NCBI GenBank assembly: GCA_965261395.1
Contig: OZ253462.1
Location: forward strand, 5,024,001-5,088,000
Reading direction: 5' to 3'
DNA from: Candidatus Latescibacterota bacterium
GTDB lineage: Bacteria > Latescibacterota > UBA2968 > UBA8231
DNA length: 64,000 bases
The stretch's first letter is position 1. Each line of letters starts with the position of its first letter. Below the pieces are notes generated by a model. It saw only the letters and a list, made by a program, of their open reading frames with translations. It did not search any database and was not told the origin of the DNA. The translations under genes and the position numbers were made by a program. Below are positions 38,064 to 48,500 of the stretch, one piece after another.

Positions 38064-39329
38064 TCACGATATATCCGCGGCCCAAATCGTCAGCATGAGC
38101 TCCGACTCGCCGATCGGGCGGTGCTCTGGAAGTTTACCGGATAGTCTTTCGCTGTTGTCCATGATGATGCGCACGCCTTCTCCACGTGTGTCCATCATGG
38201 TTCGACGATCCGTCGTCAGCCATGCCTTGTCAGTCGGAACTAGACATTTGGCGAGCAGACTAGTGATGATTTCATTTCGAGCCGATTGCAGGTAGGCAAG
38301 GTCCTCAACTGTCATCGCATTCGGGAGCGAGCCCGGGGAATAAAGCTCTAAACGGTCGCTGAACAGCCGTAACCGGATCTTTGAGCCGTGAATGGAATAG
38401 TCTCGGTGGGCGACCGCGTTGACCATAGCTTCGAAGACAGCCGTCATGTCAAATTGCGGTCGGTCCAGACGCCCCTGATCCTTAAAGGCGGCTGTCTTCA
38501 TGTTATTTGCCACGAACCGACAGGCTTCCACGACCTGTAAATCGAGTGGGCCAGAGATATCCGCGGCGTCGAGTTGATAGGGATCGGTGGATTCGTCGGT
38601 TCGAATATCAACTCCCCGATAGGAAACGGCCTGTACATAGGCATTGGGGAGCCATTCCCGGGGGTCTTCGGAGGCCATCAACACGCCAGCGACCGTTGGC
38701 CTCAGCGTCCCGTCGTCATCGGTACGTGCCATGTGGAGCTTGGACAGGAAATTCTCTCGCTCGTCTCGGGATCGAGAAGTCAGGAATCGCTCCCAAAGGT
38801 CTGGCTGCAAGTCGTGCAATTCAGCGGGATGAACGATTTGCTCGTCGAACCGGATGATACGGGTCTGACTGCGCTGCTGGAACAATCGAGCAAGGTATTC
38901 GGATGACATAACGCGCTTGGTGCTGCCGACGCGGTGCAGAAAACCCCCAGGGCTTCGATGTACGAAAAGACTGCGAGGCACATCAATCCTAATAACGGCC
39001 ACATCCTCGCCGGTGGTCGCGGGCAGCCGCAAGGGGTCAATGATGGGGGCTATGGGCGGATCGATGGAGTCGTGGCAAAGCTCGTGGACGAAACGCTCTA
39101 CCACGTCGAGATGCTGTTCCGGAATCCCCAGAATCTCACGTGTCTTGTCATGTACGCCGAGCACCAGCACCCCGCCGTGGCTGTTGGCGAAGGACGCTAG
39201 CTCATCGGCGAGGTCGCTTTGCCTTGGACCACGAATCTTGCTGCCGGCAAAGCGCACCTCCTTCAGTTCGAGAAAGCTGCCTTCGCCTAGGTGGATCTTC
39301 TCCAGCAGTTCTCCGCGTGTTGCAAACAT
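38064..39329 (-). CDS. Schlafen/AlbA_2 domain + HATPase_c_4 protein
   Basis: LGEGSFLELK and ASFANSHGGVLVLGVHD (AlbA_2); EAMVNAVAHRDYS, ELYSPGSLP and RGEGV. Start MFATRG. Confidence 0.85.
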   Translation of the reverse strand: MFATRGELLEKIHLGEGSFLELKEVRFAGSKIRGPRQSDLADELASFANSHGGVLVLGVHDKTREILGIPEQHLDVVERFVHELCHDSIDPPIAPIIDPLRLPATTGEDVAVIRIDVPRSLFVHRSPGGFLHRVGSTKRVMSSEYLARLFQQRSQTRIIRFDEQIVHPAELHDLQPDLWERFLTSRSRDERENFLSKLHMARTDDDGTLRPTVAGVLMASEDPREWLPNAYVQAVSYRGVDIRTDESTDPYQLDAADISGPLDLQVVEACRFVANNMKTAAFKDQGRLDRPQFDMTAVFEAMVNAVAHRDYSIHGSKIRLRLFSDRLELYSPGSLPNAMTVEDLAYLQSARNEIITSLLAKCLVPTDKAWLTTDRRTMMDTRGEGVRIIMDNSERLSGKLPEHRPIGESELMLTIWAADIS

Positions 39330-39330
39330 C

Positions 39331-42150
39331 TCAGATCTCTCGCCCCAAGCGTTCCCAGCGCCGAGCGAACGCCTCCCGTCCGCCCTCCATGACCCGACAG
39401 ACTTCTTCGCGGACTGCTCCTTCCTGTAGGGCACCGTGCTCAATGACTCTGCATTGGCCGCCGCTAAAATCGAAAGCATATACCATTTCCGCGTCTCCGT
39501 TGATCATCACATTGGGGTTATGGGTGACTATGATCAGTTGTCGCCGCAATTTGTTCTCGCGAATCTGTCGTACGACCAAGTCGTAAATCAGGTGGTTGTC
39601 CAGATCGTCCTCGGGCTGATCCAATACAAGGGGCTCATCGCCAAATGCAAGCAGGAACGCCAGCAGTGCCGCTGAACGCTGTCCTTGCGAGCCTTGGGTG
39701 ATGGACGTCCAATCACTGCCGTCCCCCTGGCGGCTGTACTCAATCCGCAGGTCGTCCTCTGGAAACCAGCACTGGATGTGATCGGCGAACTCCAGCTTCC
39801 CGTGCTTACGTTCAAGGTAGTTGCGAAATTGGCCGTGGAAATCAGTGCAAGTTTCTATCAGTCGCCGTTTAGCAGCATCTAGCGCCACTTCGCGATCTTC
39901 GTCCTGAGCGATGTCAAAGGCCAAGCCGCCAACGGGTTCGCCTCCTTCCTCCCGCAGAATGTCGTGTTCAAAACGACCATCTGTCACCTCGGTAATTCTA
40001 CGTAGGCTGTGCTCGATATGACGAGGATCAAAGCCGAATCCGACGACCTCAATTTTCACGAAGGTGTTGGTCTCCAGCGTTTTCGCAACGAACTCAGCGC
40101 GTGCCCGTGTGATGGCCTTGCGCGCTTCAAGCACTCGTTGCCACTGTTCTTTGTTGTCTTCGTTAAGGCGATCCCAATCCTGACGCAACTGATCGAGCTG
40201 CTTTAGTCGCGCTTCGAGATTCTGACGCTCCTGTACCAAACGCCCAAAGGCTTGCGGATCGGTCACTCCCTGAGCGGCGAGTGTCGTTTGAAGAGCCTTG
40301 TAGTCCGATCCGGCCTTCTCGGCACGCTGCTGCCACAGGCTAAGTCTTTCGTCCTTTCGCAGCTTCTGCACCTTGTCCGTAAATGTGTCGGCGCTACGAG
40401 TGAGTGCCCCCCGCATTTCTGCCACGAGCTGCTCGGTTTCGCTCCGCCAAGCGAGGGCGTCGCCATCCTGTGCGGCATCGAAGACGCCATCTGGCCAGTC
40501 GTCGAGCAGCAAATCCTCCGCCAACGCCGTAATACGTCCAAGCATTTCTCGCAATTGTTCCGAAGTCGTATCTATCTCCCGGCGTTGACGCAGTGCCTGT
40601 TGGTGAGCTTTCAGTACTTCAGCGTGATGTGATTGTGTGAACGCTGCGAGCTTGCGGGTCAAGTCCGTGAGCCTGCGTTCCAATTCCGGTCGCTCACCTA
40701 GTTTTCCACCCAGTTCACGCAGCCTAGCTCGCTGTGCTAAATAGGTGGTTTTCATCTCGTCGAAGGCGCGATGTAAACCGGCGACGTCAGCCGAGTCGTC
40801 GATGACATCGAGCAAAGCCTGCCGACTCTCGCCCGCCATGGCCGCAATCTGGCCCTGCGAAAGCAGCCGGATTGGGAAACGCTCGGAGTTCACCTCTTGG
40901 CTCGCAGCGGGCTGCCATTGGCAGTCCGTGTCTCGTTCTTCAACAACGGCCTCTTGACCATCTTGTCGCCAACGCAAGATGTGCTCTACACCGTCGCGCA
41001 TCAGCTCCACGCGAATCTCCGTAGCATCGCGCAACCCACCATGCCCATTGCGTCCCTTGACAGGTTGGGAAAAACTTTTGAACTGGCGATAGGCTTCTGT
41101 TTCTTCGCCCAAATGCTGTAACTCTTTATCGCGCCGATACGCGAGACGCAACGCATGGACAATCGTGGACTTGCCAGTACCGCGCCCACCAATCAGCGCG
41201 TTGTAGTACGGTGTGGGGGCAAGCCGTGTCGTGGTGTCTATACCCATAAATCGAGCAGATTCGACCTCAATGCCGGTGATGAAGTGAGTGGGCTTCCGGA
41301 ACGGATCGAACTCCCCCTCGTCATCGCTCCTTCGAATCGAAATTTCGTTGCCATCTAGGAGTGCGAGACGTAGCCCTTCTAATGTGGGCTTTGCCATCTT
41401 GACCCAAGCGTAACGAGATCCGGGAATACGCTTGCCTTGGAAGCTGTGGCAGTCACTACCGAGCACCCGCGCCAACTTTTTGACCCGTTTCTCGAAGTGC
41501 CTAGGGAATGGATGCCCCATGTCTTCCCACTCCATTGCCAGCAAACATTCAGTATCAAGTACTTGGCGAACCGTGTTGGCGTCGAGTTGGCACTGACAGG
41601 TGCCTGCACGTACAGCGAGAAGGCCCTTGCCGTTGCCATTTTCACCTTGCCGGTCAGCGTGAGCTGGGATCGGAATGCCTCCGGCGTCCCTAATTTCACA
41701 AACCACATCGGCTGCGCCCTTGCGCGTCACCCCGGCGCTGTCTCCCTTGGTTCCGTCATAATCCACCTGCCCCAGTAGAGTGTCGATGTGGCTGGTGGTG
41801 GCATTGGGGGCTAGGATGGCGAGCAGGTGGAATCCCCCCTGTACCGAAATCTCGACCCCTGGGAACAGCGTCAGTTCTCGAAACCCTTCCGGTGGCGATC
41901 CCCCATCGGCTTGCCTTTTCATCGCCTCATAAGCGGCTTTAAGGAGATCAACCCAGGCACCGCTGTTGTGGTCAGTGATCGCCACACAGTCGATTTCGGC
42001 GGCCATGTATCGGAGCAGCCATTTTTCCGGTGCTAGGTCGATACCCTGTTGAGCCCAGTAGGTGTCGGCGGAAGCCGGCGTATGCGTGTGGAAGTCGAAC
42101 TTCCACCAGCGCGATCCGGGGTAGGGCCAATCTTGCTGTGTGCTTGTCAT
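39331..42150 (-). CDS. PHP phosphoesterase-SMC/ABC ATPase fusion (TrlF/Ppl-like)
   Basis: PHP motifs DFHTHTP, ITDHN, GVEI, PAH and GSDCH. ATPase motifs GGRGTGKST, coiled coil, SQGQR, LDQPEDDLD and VTHN. ATG overlaps the pglX stop. Confidence 0.9.
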   Translation of the reverse strand: MTSTQQDWPYPGSRWWKFDFHTHTPASADTYWAQQGIDLAPEKWLLRYMAAEIDCVAITDHNSGAWVDLLKAAYEAMKRQADGGSPPEGFRELTLFPGVEISVQGGFHLLAILAPNATTSHIDTLLGQVDYDGTKGDSAGVTRKGAADVVCEIRDAGGIPIPAHADRQGENGNGKGLLAVRAGTCQCQLDANTVRQVLDTECLLAMEWEDMGHPFPRHFEKRVKKLARVLGSDCHSFQGKRIPGSRYAWVKMAKPTLEGLRLALLDGNEISIRRSDDEGEFDPFRKPTHFITGIEVESARFMGIDTTTRLAPTPYYNALIGGRGTGKSTIVHALRLAYRRDKELQHLGEETEAYRQFKSFSQPVKGRNGHGGLRDATEIRVELMRDGVEHILRWRQDGQEAVVEERDTDCQWQPAASQEVNSERFPIRLLSQGQIAAMAGESRQALLDVIDDSADVAGLHRAFDEMKTTYLAQRARLRELGGKLGERPELERRLTDLTRKLAAFTQSHHAEVLKAHQQALRQRREIDTTSEQLREMLGRITALAEDLLLDDWPDGVFDAAQDGDALAWRSETEQLVAEMRGALTRSADTFTDKVQKLRKDERLSLWQQRAEKAGSDYKALQTTLAAQGVTDPQAFGRLVQERQNLEARLKQLDQLRQDWDRLNEDNKEQWQRVLEARKAITRARAEFVAKTLETNTFVKIEVVGFGFDPRHIEHSLRRITEVTDGRFEHDILREEGGEPVGGLAFDIAQDEDREVALDAAKRRLIETCTDFHGQFRNYLERKHGKLEFADHIQCWFPEDDLRIEYSRQGDGSDWTSITQGSQGQRSAALLAFLLAFGDEPLVLDQPEDDLDNHLIYDLVVRQIRENKLRRQLIIVTHNPNVMINGDAEMVYAFDFSGGQCRVIEHGALQEGAVREEVCRVMEGGREAFARRWERLGREI

Positions 42151-45100
42151 CGTCCCTCGTCCTCCGCCCGGTCCCGGGCCGCGTGTTTCTCTGCTTTGGT
42201 CCAATCGTCGTTGACTCGTTCTCCGGTGAAGTTGCCGTTGTTCCAGAACCAGGGGAACTGCTCCTTGTCGCGCATCGGTTCCTTGCCGCGGTCCTTTTTC
42301 CAATGGATTTTCGGCGCGGTGCGGAGGACGCCGGCACCTTTCTTGCCGTCGGGAAGGTCTTTGGCCATGAAGGGGCGGATATTGAGGCGCACGCCGTCGT
42401 TGATGTCCGGCTCCCAGCCGATGGGTTGTTCCCTGATCGGCTTCCAGCGGATGAAAAGATCGCAGGGCGGCTCGCCTGCGAGGATGGCGACGAGCCGCTT
42501 CTGTAATTCCAGCGCTGCGGCCAAGCGGTCTTCGGCACCGCCCTCGCCACGCTTTACGCCATCCTGCTGGCGGGTGATCCAGTCGCCGAGATAGCTGTAG
42601 GTCAGCGACTCCAGCAGGCGACGACCCTTGCCTCCGCCCTCGGCCAGCTTGTGATAGTTGATCAAGGCGTGGAAACCGTCGCGTCTACGGCCGTCCCAGA
42701 TATGCCAGACGAAGGGACGCTGGTGGAACAGCTTGCAGTGTTCCTCAAAGAAACGGTTGTGCAGCCAGTCGTCTAGGCTGGGACTCTCTGTTGCGGTGAG
42801 CAACTTAGCAAGGATGTCATCGCTCCAGTCATCGCCCCAAGCGGCCTGCAACAGTTCCAACAGGCGTTCGTGGGCGGGACGCTCGCGCGCTACGGAGGGG
42901 ATGCAGACGATGCCGTCCTTGTCCTCAAATGGGTGCAATGCCGTTGTCTCCTCAACCCAGGCACGAGCCTCGTCGGCGAGTTCCATGTCCGGGTCGTTCT
43001 CCGCCGGCCAGCGGTAGCCGAGCAGGCGGGCGACAGCGACTTGCAGGACGGTCGGATCTGTGCGGCGCGGGCCGTGAGTGGTCCACTTTGTGCCTTCGTC
43101 CCAGATCACTGAGCCGCAGGGGTGGCCGTGGAAGATCCATTGGGTGGGATCGTCGGAATAAGGCTTGGGCAACCCGTTGGGATAGCGTTCTGCGGCGACC
43201 TGGGTCCAGCGTTTGAGGTCGAAGGGGACCTTGACCAGAGTGGCATTTGTGACGTTCAGCTTCTGATCAATCCGCCGCACTGCTTCGTTGTATTCGGGCG
43301 AGGAGCAGAAGCACCAGATGGCAGGGACGTGGCATTCATCATAGGGAATGATGGTTGCCACATTTTGGTGAAACCTCTCCTTGCCATAGTGATAGGGAAA
43401 TAGAACCCCCATCCTGTGTACAGCAATACCGGGTTTACCGAGAGCTTTAAGTCCTTTAGTTGGAAGAGCTGTTGGTAATGACAACAGTAGGCCTTTCCCT
43501 TGTTCCCAACGCACCATCCGCGACTGTCCTGCATACTCCTCCGTATAGACATCAGGAGTAGCCTGCATAAACTCCCATGTCTTTCTATTGATCTGAGCCA
43601 CTTCCCAAAAAGCCGCAACAAACATGGGATCGTCGCTAGTCTGAAGTCCAACTAGTCCATCAGCATACTGACTAAGTAGGGAAAAGGTCGTTTCATCATA
43701 TAGCGTCACTCTTGCATCAGGGTTCTCTAACTGCCTTCTCTGAATGACCACCACAAACTCACCACTCCGCAAAACATCCGCCTTTTCCGCCGCCGTGCGT
43801 GGAGTGCTCGCGTCAATACCGGACAGTTGATCTTCAGTCTGTGGGCGGGCGCGGGTCAGGGTGAGCAGTTGAACATTGAAATCCCACATAGGAGTCTGAA
43901 AAGCCTTCGCTCCGAGGCGAACGAGGAGATTCCAACGCACCTGCTTCAGTAATCGCCCGCGCTGCGCCTTGTAGCTGGTCAGGAACAGCCAGTTTTGTGG
44001 CATGACTATCTGGGTGACACCAACTCCAGCTTCCAAGCAGAACTCCAGACACCTTTCCAAGAATACATTCGCCAAATCCTGCTTCGCCCTCGCATATCGC
44101 CTCTCAGCGAAATTTCGCAGGCGTTCACTCTGCTTACCGCGAGCGAGATATGGCACGTTGGTGATGACGAGGTGATATTGCTGGCTCAGCAGCCGGGTCG
44201 CCTCGGTCAGCCCCAAGGCCGCGATGGTCGTCTCTTCCCATTCCTCCTCGCCAGCGTGTTTATTCAGCGCTCGCTCAAGCGATGGCTGTAGCTCGCTGAA
44301 TCCGGCCGTCAGCATATCCTCGGACACGGAAGTGGGATCAATCAGGCTGCCGAGCAGAGGCGCATCCTGAAAAGTGTCGTAGAGCAGCCCCATCCCATTT
44401 TCAATCCGACCATCACCCCCGGACAAAGCAGTCCATTGTTCCCGCTTACCGCCGACCGGCTGACCACACCAAGCAAGGTTGAATCGGGGCAGCGGCCGGT
44501 GATCGCCCGCATTGGGATAACGCCATGCTTCCATCGCCAGCGCAAAGGCGGCAATAGCCACGCAGCGCTGGTCCAGTTCCAGCCCATGCAGGTTGTCTCG
44601 CAATACGGCGTCAGCGGCCTCTGCCGCACTCAAGTCTTCCAACGCCATCCGCATCGGCACCAGCATCAGGAACGCCGCCACCAGAAAGTGCCCAGAACCG
44701 CAGCACGGGTCGAGCAGACGGAACTCCGAGAGATCGTCGGGCCAGCCCTCGAAACCGCCCGCGACGGGTGCGCCGTCCTCTGTCTGGCGCAGATAGGTGA
44801 GATCAACCGGACACCGCTCGTTGGGATGACGAGTCTGCCACCAAGCACCGAGCGAGTTATGCAGCAGAAACTGCACCATGTAGGGCTCGGTGAAGAGCTG
44901 GGTCACCGCCGGCAATTCGTCCGCCCCGATCTTATCTTCGGATTGGTTAACCTCATTCTTCCTCTCCGTCTGCCAGAACTGATACACCCAACCGAGCGAA
45001 TCGGTCGCCATGAATACCGCTGCCGGCAGACCTTCAACCAAGCCCTCCAGCTTTAACCGGTACTCCCGCGCCAACCGGACTTCCAACCCCGGATGCTCCG

Positions 45101-45536
45101 TCCTAAAAACCTGCGGCAACATGGAGTGAGCATACTGCGCCGCCAACTCCCACTTGTCGCTGCCTTTGTCCCTAGCCAAATCCTCGCATTCATCGAGCGT
45201 TACTGCGACATTGATCTCTGGTTCAATCAGCAGATCGTTCTCCGCGAGGAAGCGGGCAAACAACATGCTGTGCCAGTGTTCATACGCAGTCTCCTGCACC
45301 AAATGCTCAATGGTATGCTCTCCCGTGCGTGCGTTGGGACGGTCCCCAAGCTGGCGAGCATGCGCCCGCAGCCGCCGGCGCAATGTGCGCTGCTCCGTGT
45401 CCATGTGCTCGTAGAACTCGCGGTGATGCACGGCAAGCTCCTTCAATGCCGCGCGGGCACCGGCCTCCGCCACTTTGCGAGCCTCAATGACGGCGCGTTC
45501 GAGTTGTTGCCGAAGGTCTGTCGGAAGTGTCTGCAT
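42147..45536 (-). CDS. pglX: BREX adenine methyltransferase PglX/BrxX
   Basis: LGWVYQFW, AVTQLFTE-YMV, LDPCCGSGHFL (motif I), TNVPY (motif IV variant) and C-terminal PDINDGVRLNI. Confidence 0.93.
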   Translation of the reverse strand: MQTLPTDLRQQLERAVIEARKVAEAGARAALKELAVHHREFYEHMDTEQRTLRRRLRAHARQLGDRPNARTGEHTIEHLVQETAYEHWHSMLFARFLAENDLLIEPEINVAVTLDECEDLARDKGSDKWELAAQYAHSMLPQVFRTEHPGLEVRLAREYRLKLEGLVEGLPAAVFMATDSLGWVYQFWQTERKNEVNQSEDKIGADELPAVTQLFTEPYMVQFLLHNSLGAWWQTRHPNERCPVDLTYLRQTEDGAPVAGGFEGWPDDLSEFRLLDPCCGSGHFLVAAFLMLVPMRMALEDLSAAEAADAVLRDNLHGLELDQRCVAIAAFALAMEAWRYPNAGDHRPLPRFNLAWCGQPVGGKREQWTALSGGDGRIENGMGLLYDTFQDAPLLGSLIDPTSVSEDMLTAGFSELQPSLERALNKHAGEEEWEETTIAALGLTEATRLLSQQYHLVITNVPYLARGKQSERLRNFAERRYARAKQDLANVFLERCLEFCLEAGVGVTQIVMPQNWLFLTSYKAQRGRLLKQVRWNLLVRLGAKAFQTPMWDFNVQLLTLTRARPQTEDQLSGIDASTPRTAAEKADVLRSGEFVVVIQRRQLENPDARVTLYDETTFSLLSQYADGLVGLQTSDDPMFVAAFWEVAQINRKTWEFMQATPDVYTEEYAGQSRMVRWEQGKGLLLSLPTALPTKGLKALGKPGIAVHRMGVLFPYHYGKERFHQNVATIIPYDECHVPAIWCFCSSPEYNEAVRRIDQKLNVTNATLVKVPFDLKRWTQVAAERYPNGLPKPYSDDPTQWIFHGHPCGSVIWDEGTKWTTHGPRRTDPTVLQVAVARLLGYRWPAENDPDMELADEARAWVEETTALHPFEDKDGIVCIPSVARERPAHERLLELLQAAWGDDWSDDILAKLLTATESPSLDDWLHNRFFEEHCKLFHQRPFVWHIWDGRRRDGFHALINYHKLAEGGGKGRRLLESLTYSYLGDWITRQQDGVKRGEGGAEDRLAAALELQKRLVAILAGEPPCDLFIRWKPIREQPIGWEPDINDGVRLNIRPFMAKDLPDGKKGAGVLRTAPKIHWKKDRGKEPMRDKEQFPWFWNNGNFTGERVNDDWTKAEKHAARDRAEDEGR

Positions 45537-45554
45537 GGGATCGGTCTATTCTCC

Positions 45555-48500
45555 TTAGCTTACCACGATGGGGCCTTGCTCGACCTGTTTGAGCAACTCC
45601 CGTTCAGTCTCGCCGAGCCAATCCTTGACGTCTTCCGGCGTGCGCAGCGTGGTTCTGCGGGGCTTGAAATGATGGGTTTTCGGCTCGACCAGTTTGTCGG
45701 CTCTGATGCGAGCGTCCGCAAAAAGCTGCGGCAAGGCCGCCGTGCGGGTTCGCCAATCATAGAGCGAGATCCGCCCGAGGGATTCCAGCACTTCCTGTTC
45801 GGTGCCGGTTGCGCCCTTGGTGACCTTCTCGATACGCAAATCCTCAAGAATTCGGTCGCGCTCGGCCTGCTCAATCTCCCGCCAACTCTCGGCGGATTCC
45901 AGTTGTTCCAGTTCCTCGTCATAGGTCGTGGAGAAGCCTGTCTCAGCCTCTACTAGGGCAGTACGTAGCGCGTCCACTAGCATCCTAGTGAGATCAGGTA
46001 CGGGGTCCGAATCGGCGAGCAAACTGCGGTTGACCGCGATAGCTCCGATCTGCGGCTGCGTCTCCGACGCCACATCCATCTCTTTTGCAGCATGGCTGGC
46101 TAAGGACAGCAGACGCTCGTACGAAGGGAGGCGCTTCTCGGCCAGATTCCCTGCCTTGGTCCAATCCTCAATGTTCTTTTGTAGTTCGTCGTACCGATCC
46201 AAGATGCCGACCAGTTGCTCATTGCCGGCAAGGGATTGAAGGTCTCGCAGATGGCTGGTGTCAGGGCGTTCGGGCAAAGGCGCATCTCCACCGGCACTCT
46301 GGGCGAGTCTGTCGAGCTTGGCCAAGAATTCCGCAGCAGCCATGGCTTCTTCGTTGGGCTTGCAGGTGACCCCAACGCTCCGGAACAACCCGCGTACCTT
46401 GATGCGCTGGCGGGTATCAATGATGGCGCTCTCGACCCGAAAATCGGAGACCGACACTTTCGCCTGATCGAGCTCCCTAGGCTTGAGCGGCGTGCCGTTG
46501 GCGGTCGCCCGCAAATGACCGGCTCCAAACAGGCTGATGAGGGCGGCGTCAATCGCATCGCGGGGCCAGCCGTAAGGCGGGGCCGAGAAATGGTCGCGTA
46601 CCTCTTTGCCCTTCTTTCCGGAACCTACGAAAGACAGGACCTCGGAGCAGACCCGGTAGTCTTCGGTCTTACCGTCGTAATCCAGTACTTCTAGAGGGTG
46701 CTCATCGCCTCTTCGGGCGCGCTCGATCACCCTAGACCAACGACCATCGTCGGCATCCCTGAAGTCGTGGAAGAGGCGGTCCAAGGAGGCGTTGGCTGCC
46801 TCCCTAATCTTGTCCTGCAAGGTGGCACCTAACCGTTCGGAGCCGCCACCCTGATAGACTTTCGCCTCGCCGACGATTGCAGCCACCAAGCTCCGCTGGT
46901 TGTTGGCGGCCTCGGTCCGCCGGGTCTCCATGCCTTGGCGGGCCTCAATACCTTCCGCAGTCGAAGGCACACCTTTGTATTCAAGCGTCTCATTCGCCGC
47001 AGCTTGGGCGGCGACCACGCGGGCCAAGTCATCAGCGCGCGACTTGGGCAGGAATACGTGGATGACTGGGCTGTCGGAACCATCGGCACGTGCATCAGCG
47101 ACGACGCTTCCCTCGTCCGCTCCCCAACCATCGCGAATCCAGACGGGTATCTCATGGGTTGCGCCCAGCGGCGGTTCCGCCCCTAAGTGCAAGGCGAGCT
47201 TTCTGGGCTCCTTGCACGTTCCATGCAGTAGCCTCACCGATCCGATCTCCTCCTGAACCGCCGCCCCCAACAACTGGGCGCGCTTACTGCTCATTTGCGT
47301 GAGATCGTTGACAAGCCTTGTCTGCCGGTTGCGAAATTCGTTCTCCCACTCGCTGCTCTCGCGCGTCTGCAAACTGTACTCGTCTTCAAGCTTCATCAGC
47401 GTACTGTCGGAGGTCAGTTCATCCAGCAATGCAGGAAGCCGCCCCCGCAGCGTCGCGCCGTCCTGGGCCAGATCCTTGACCAGCAGATCTGCCAAGGTTT
47501 CCTCGGTTGCGCGAACACCGATGTCGATACCGGCTTCCCGGGGCAGCTTGCGGATGAGGAAGACCAAAGCGCACAGACGCAATTTGAGACGCCCATCGGG
47601 GGTGCCGTCGTCCTGCTTGAAGATGGTCTCGTTTACCTCGCGTAGCAGTACGCCACTTCGCAGCAGGTTGGGAGAGATTTCCTCAAATAGGAAGTCGGCC
47701 GGAACGACCGTGCCGACCGGATCGTCGGCGGTGTATCGGATCGCGTCATATACGATGCGCAGTTGCGTACGAAGCTGTCCGGCGGTGCCCGCCCGATCGA
47801 CCGCACGCAGGGTATGCTCCCAGAAGCGTCGCCGCACTGGGAGCAGCGGGTAATCCTCCACGAGTACCGCCTCGTCCTCGCTACGAGGGCCGATCCGAGT
47901 GCTAACCAAGTGGCGATTGATCTCGCCGGTGTTGTCGTCCAGAGTCGATTTGACAGCGTTGGTGCGGTCCGGGCGTTTCGCCAGCACGACTCGCCGGGTG
48001 ACCACTTCGACATCGATGTCTGAAAGCTCGACGTTGACCGTGAACCGGCCCTGGAGACGTTGCAGGGCCGGCGTACTGGAGAGCGCCGTTTGCCCGGTGC
48101 CAAGAAGCAGTAGGCGGTCGCCGAAGCGTTTGCTACAATCCTCCACTACCCCCTGCACCTCATAGGAACGGCTGCTATCCTCACCGATGTACTGCTGCAC
48201 CTCGTCTAGGATTATAACGGTGCAGGGCAACTCGCCCTCGGGTGCCAGGGTGTCCTGTAAAGCGGTGACGAATTCGTGGGTAGTGATGTCCTCCGGTTTC
48301 GGAAACTGGTCGCGCAGCGCGGCCCTAGCGTCCCTCTCGCTACCCGCAAAATCGGGATCAGTCGCGAGCAGGGCTCTGGCGATGAGCGGACTCACGTAGA
48401 GATCGTTCAACTCGCGCCGAAAGTCACGGCCTTCCGCCTCGACCGCGATGCGGACCGGGTCGTAAATGTCGTTTTTTCTAAGCCAGAGGCAGAATTGCGC

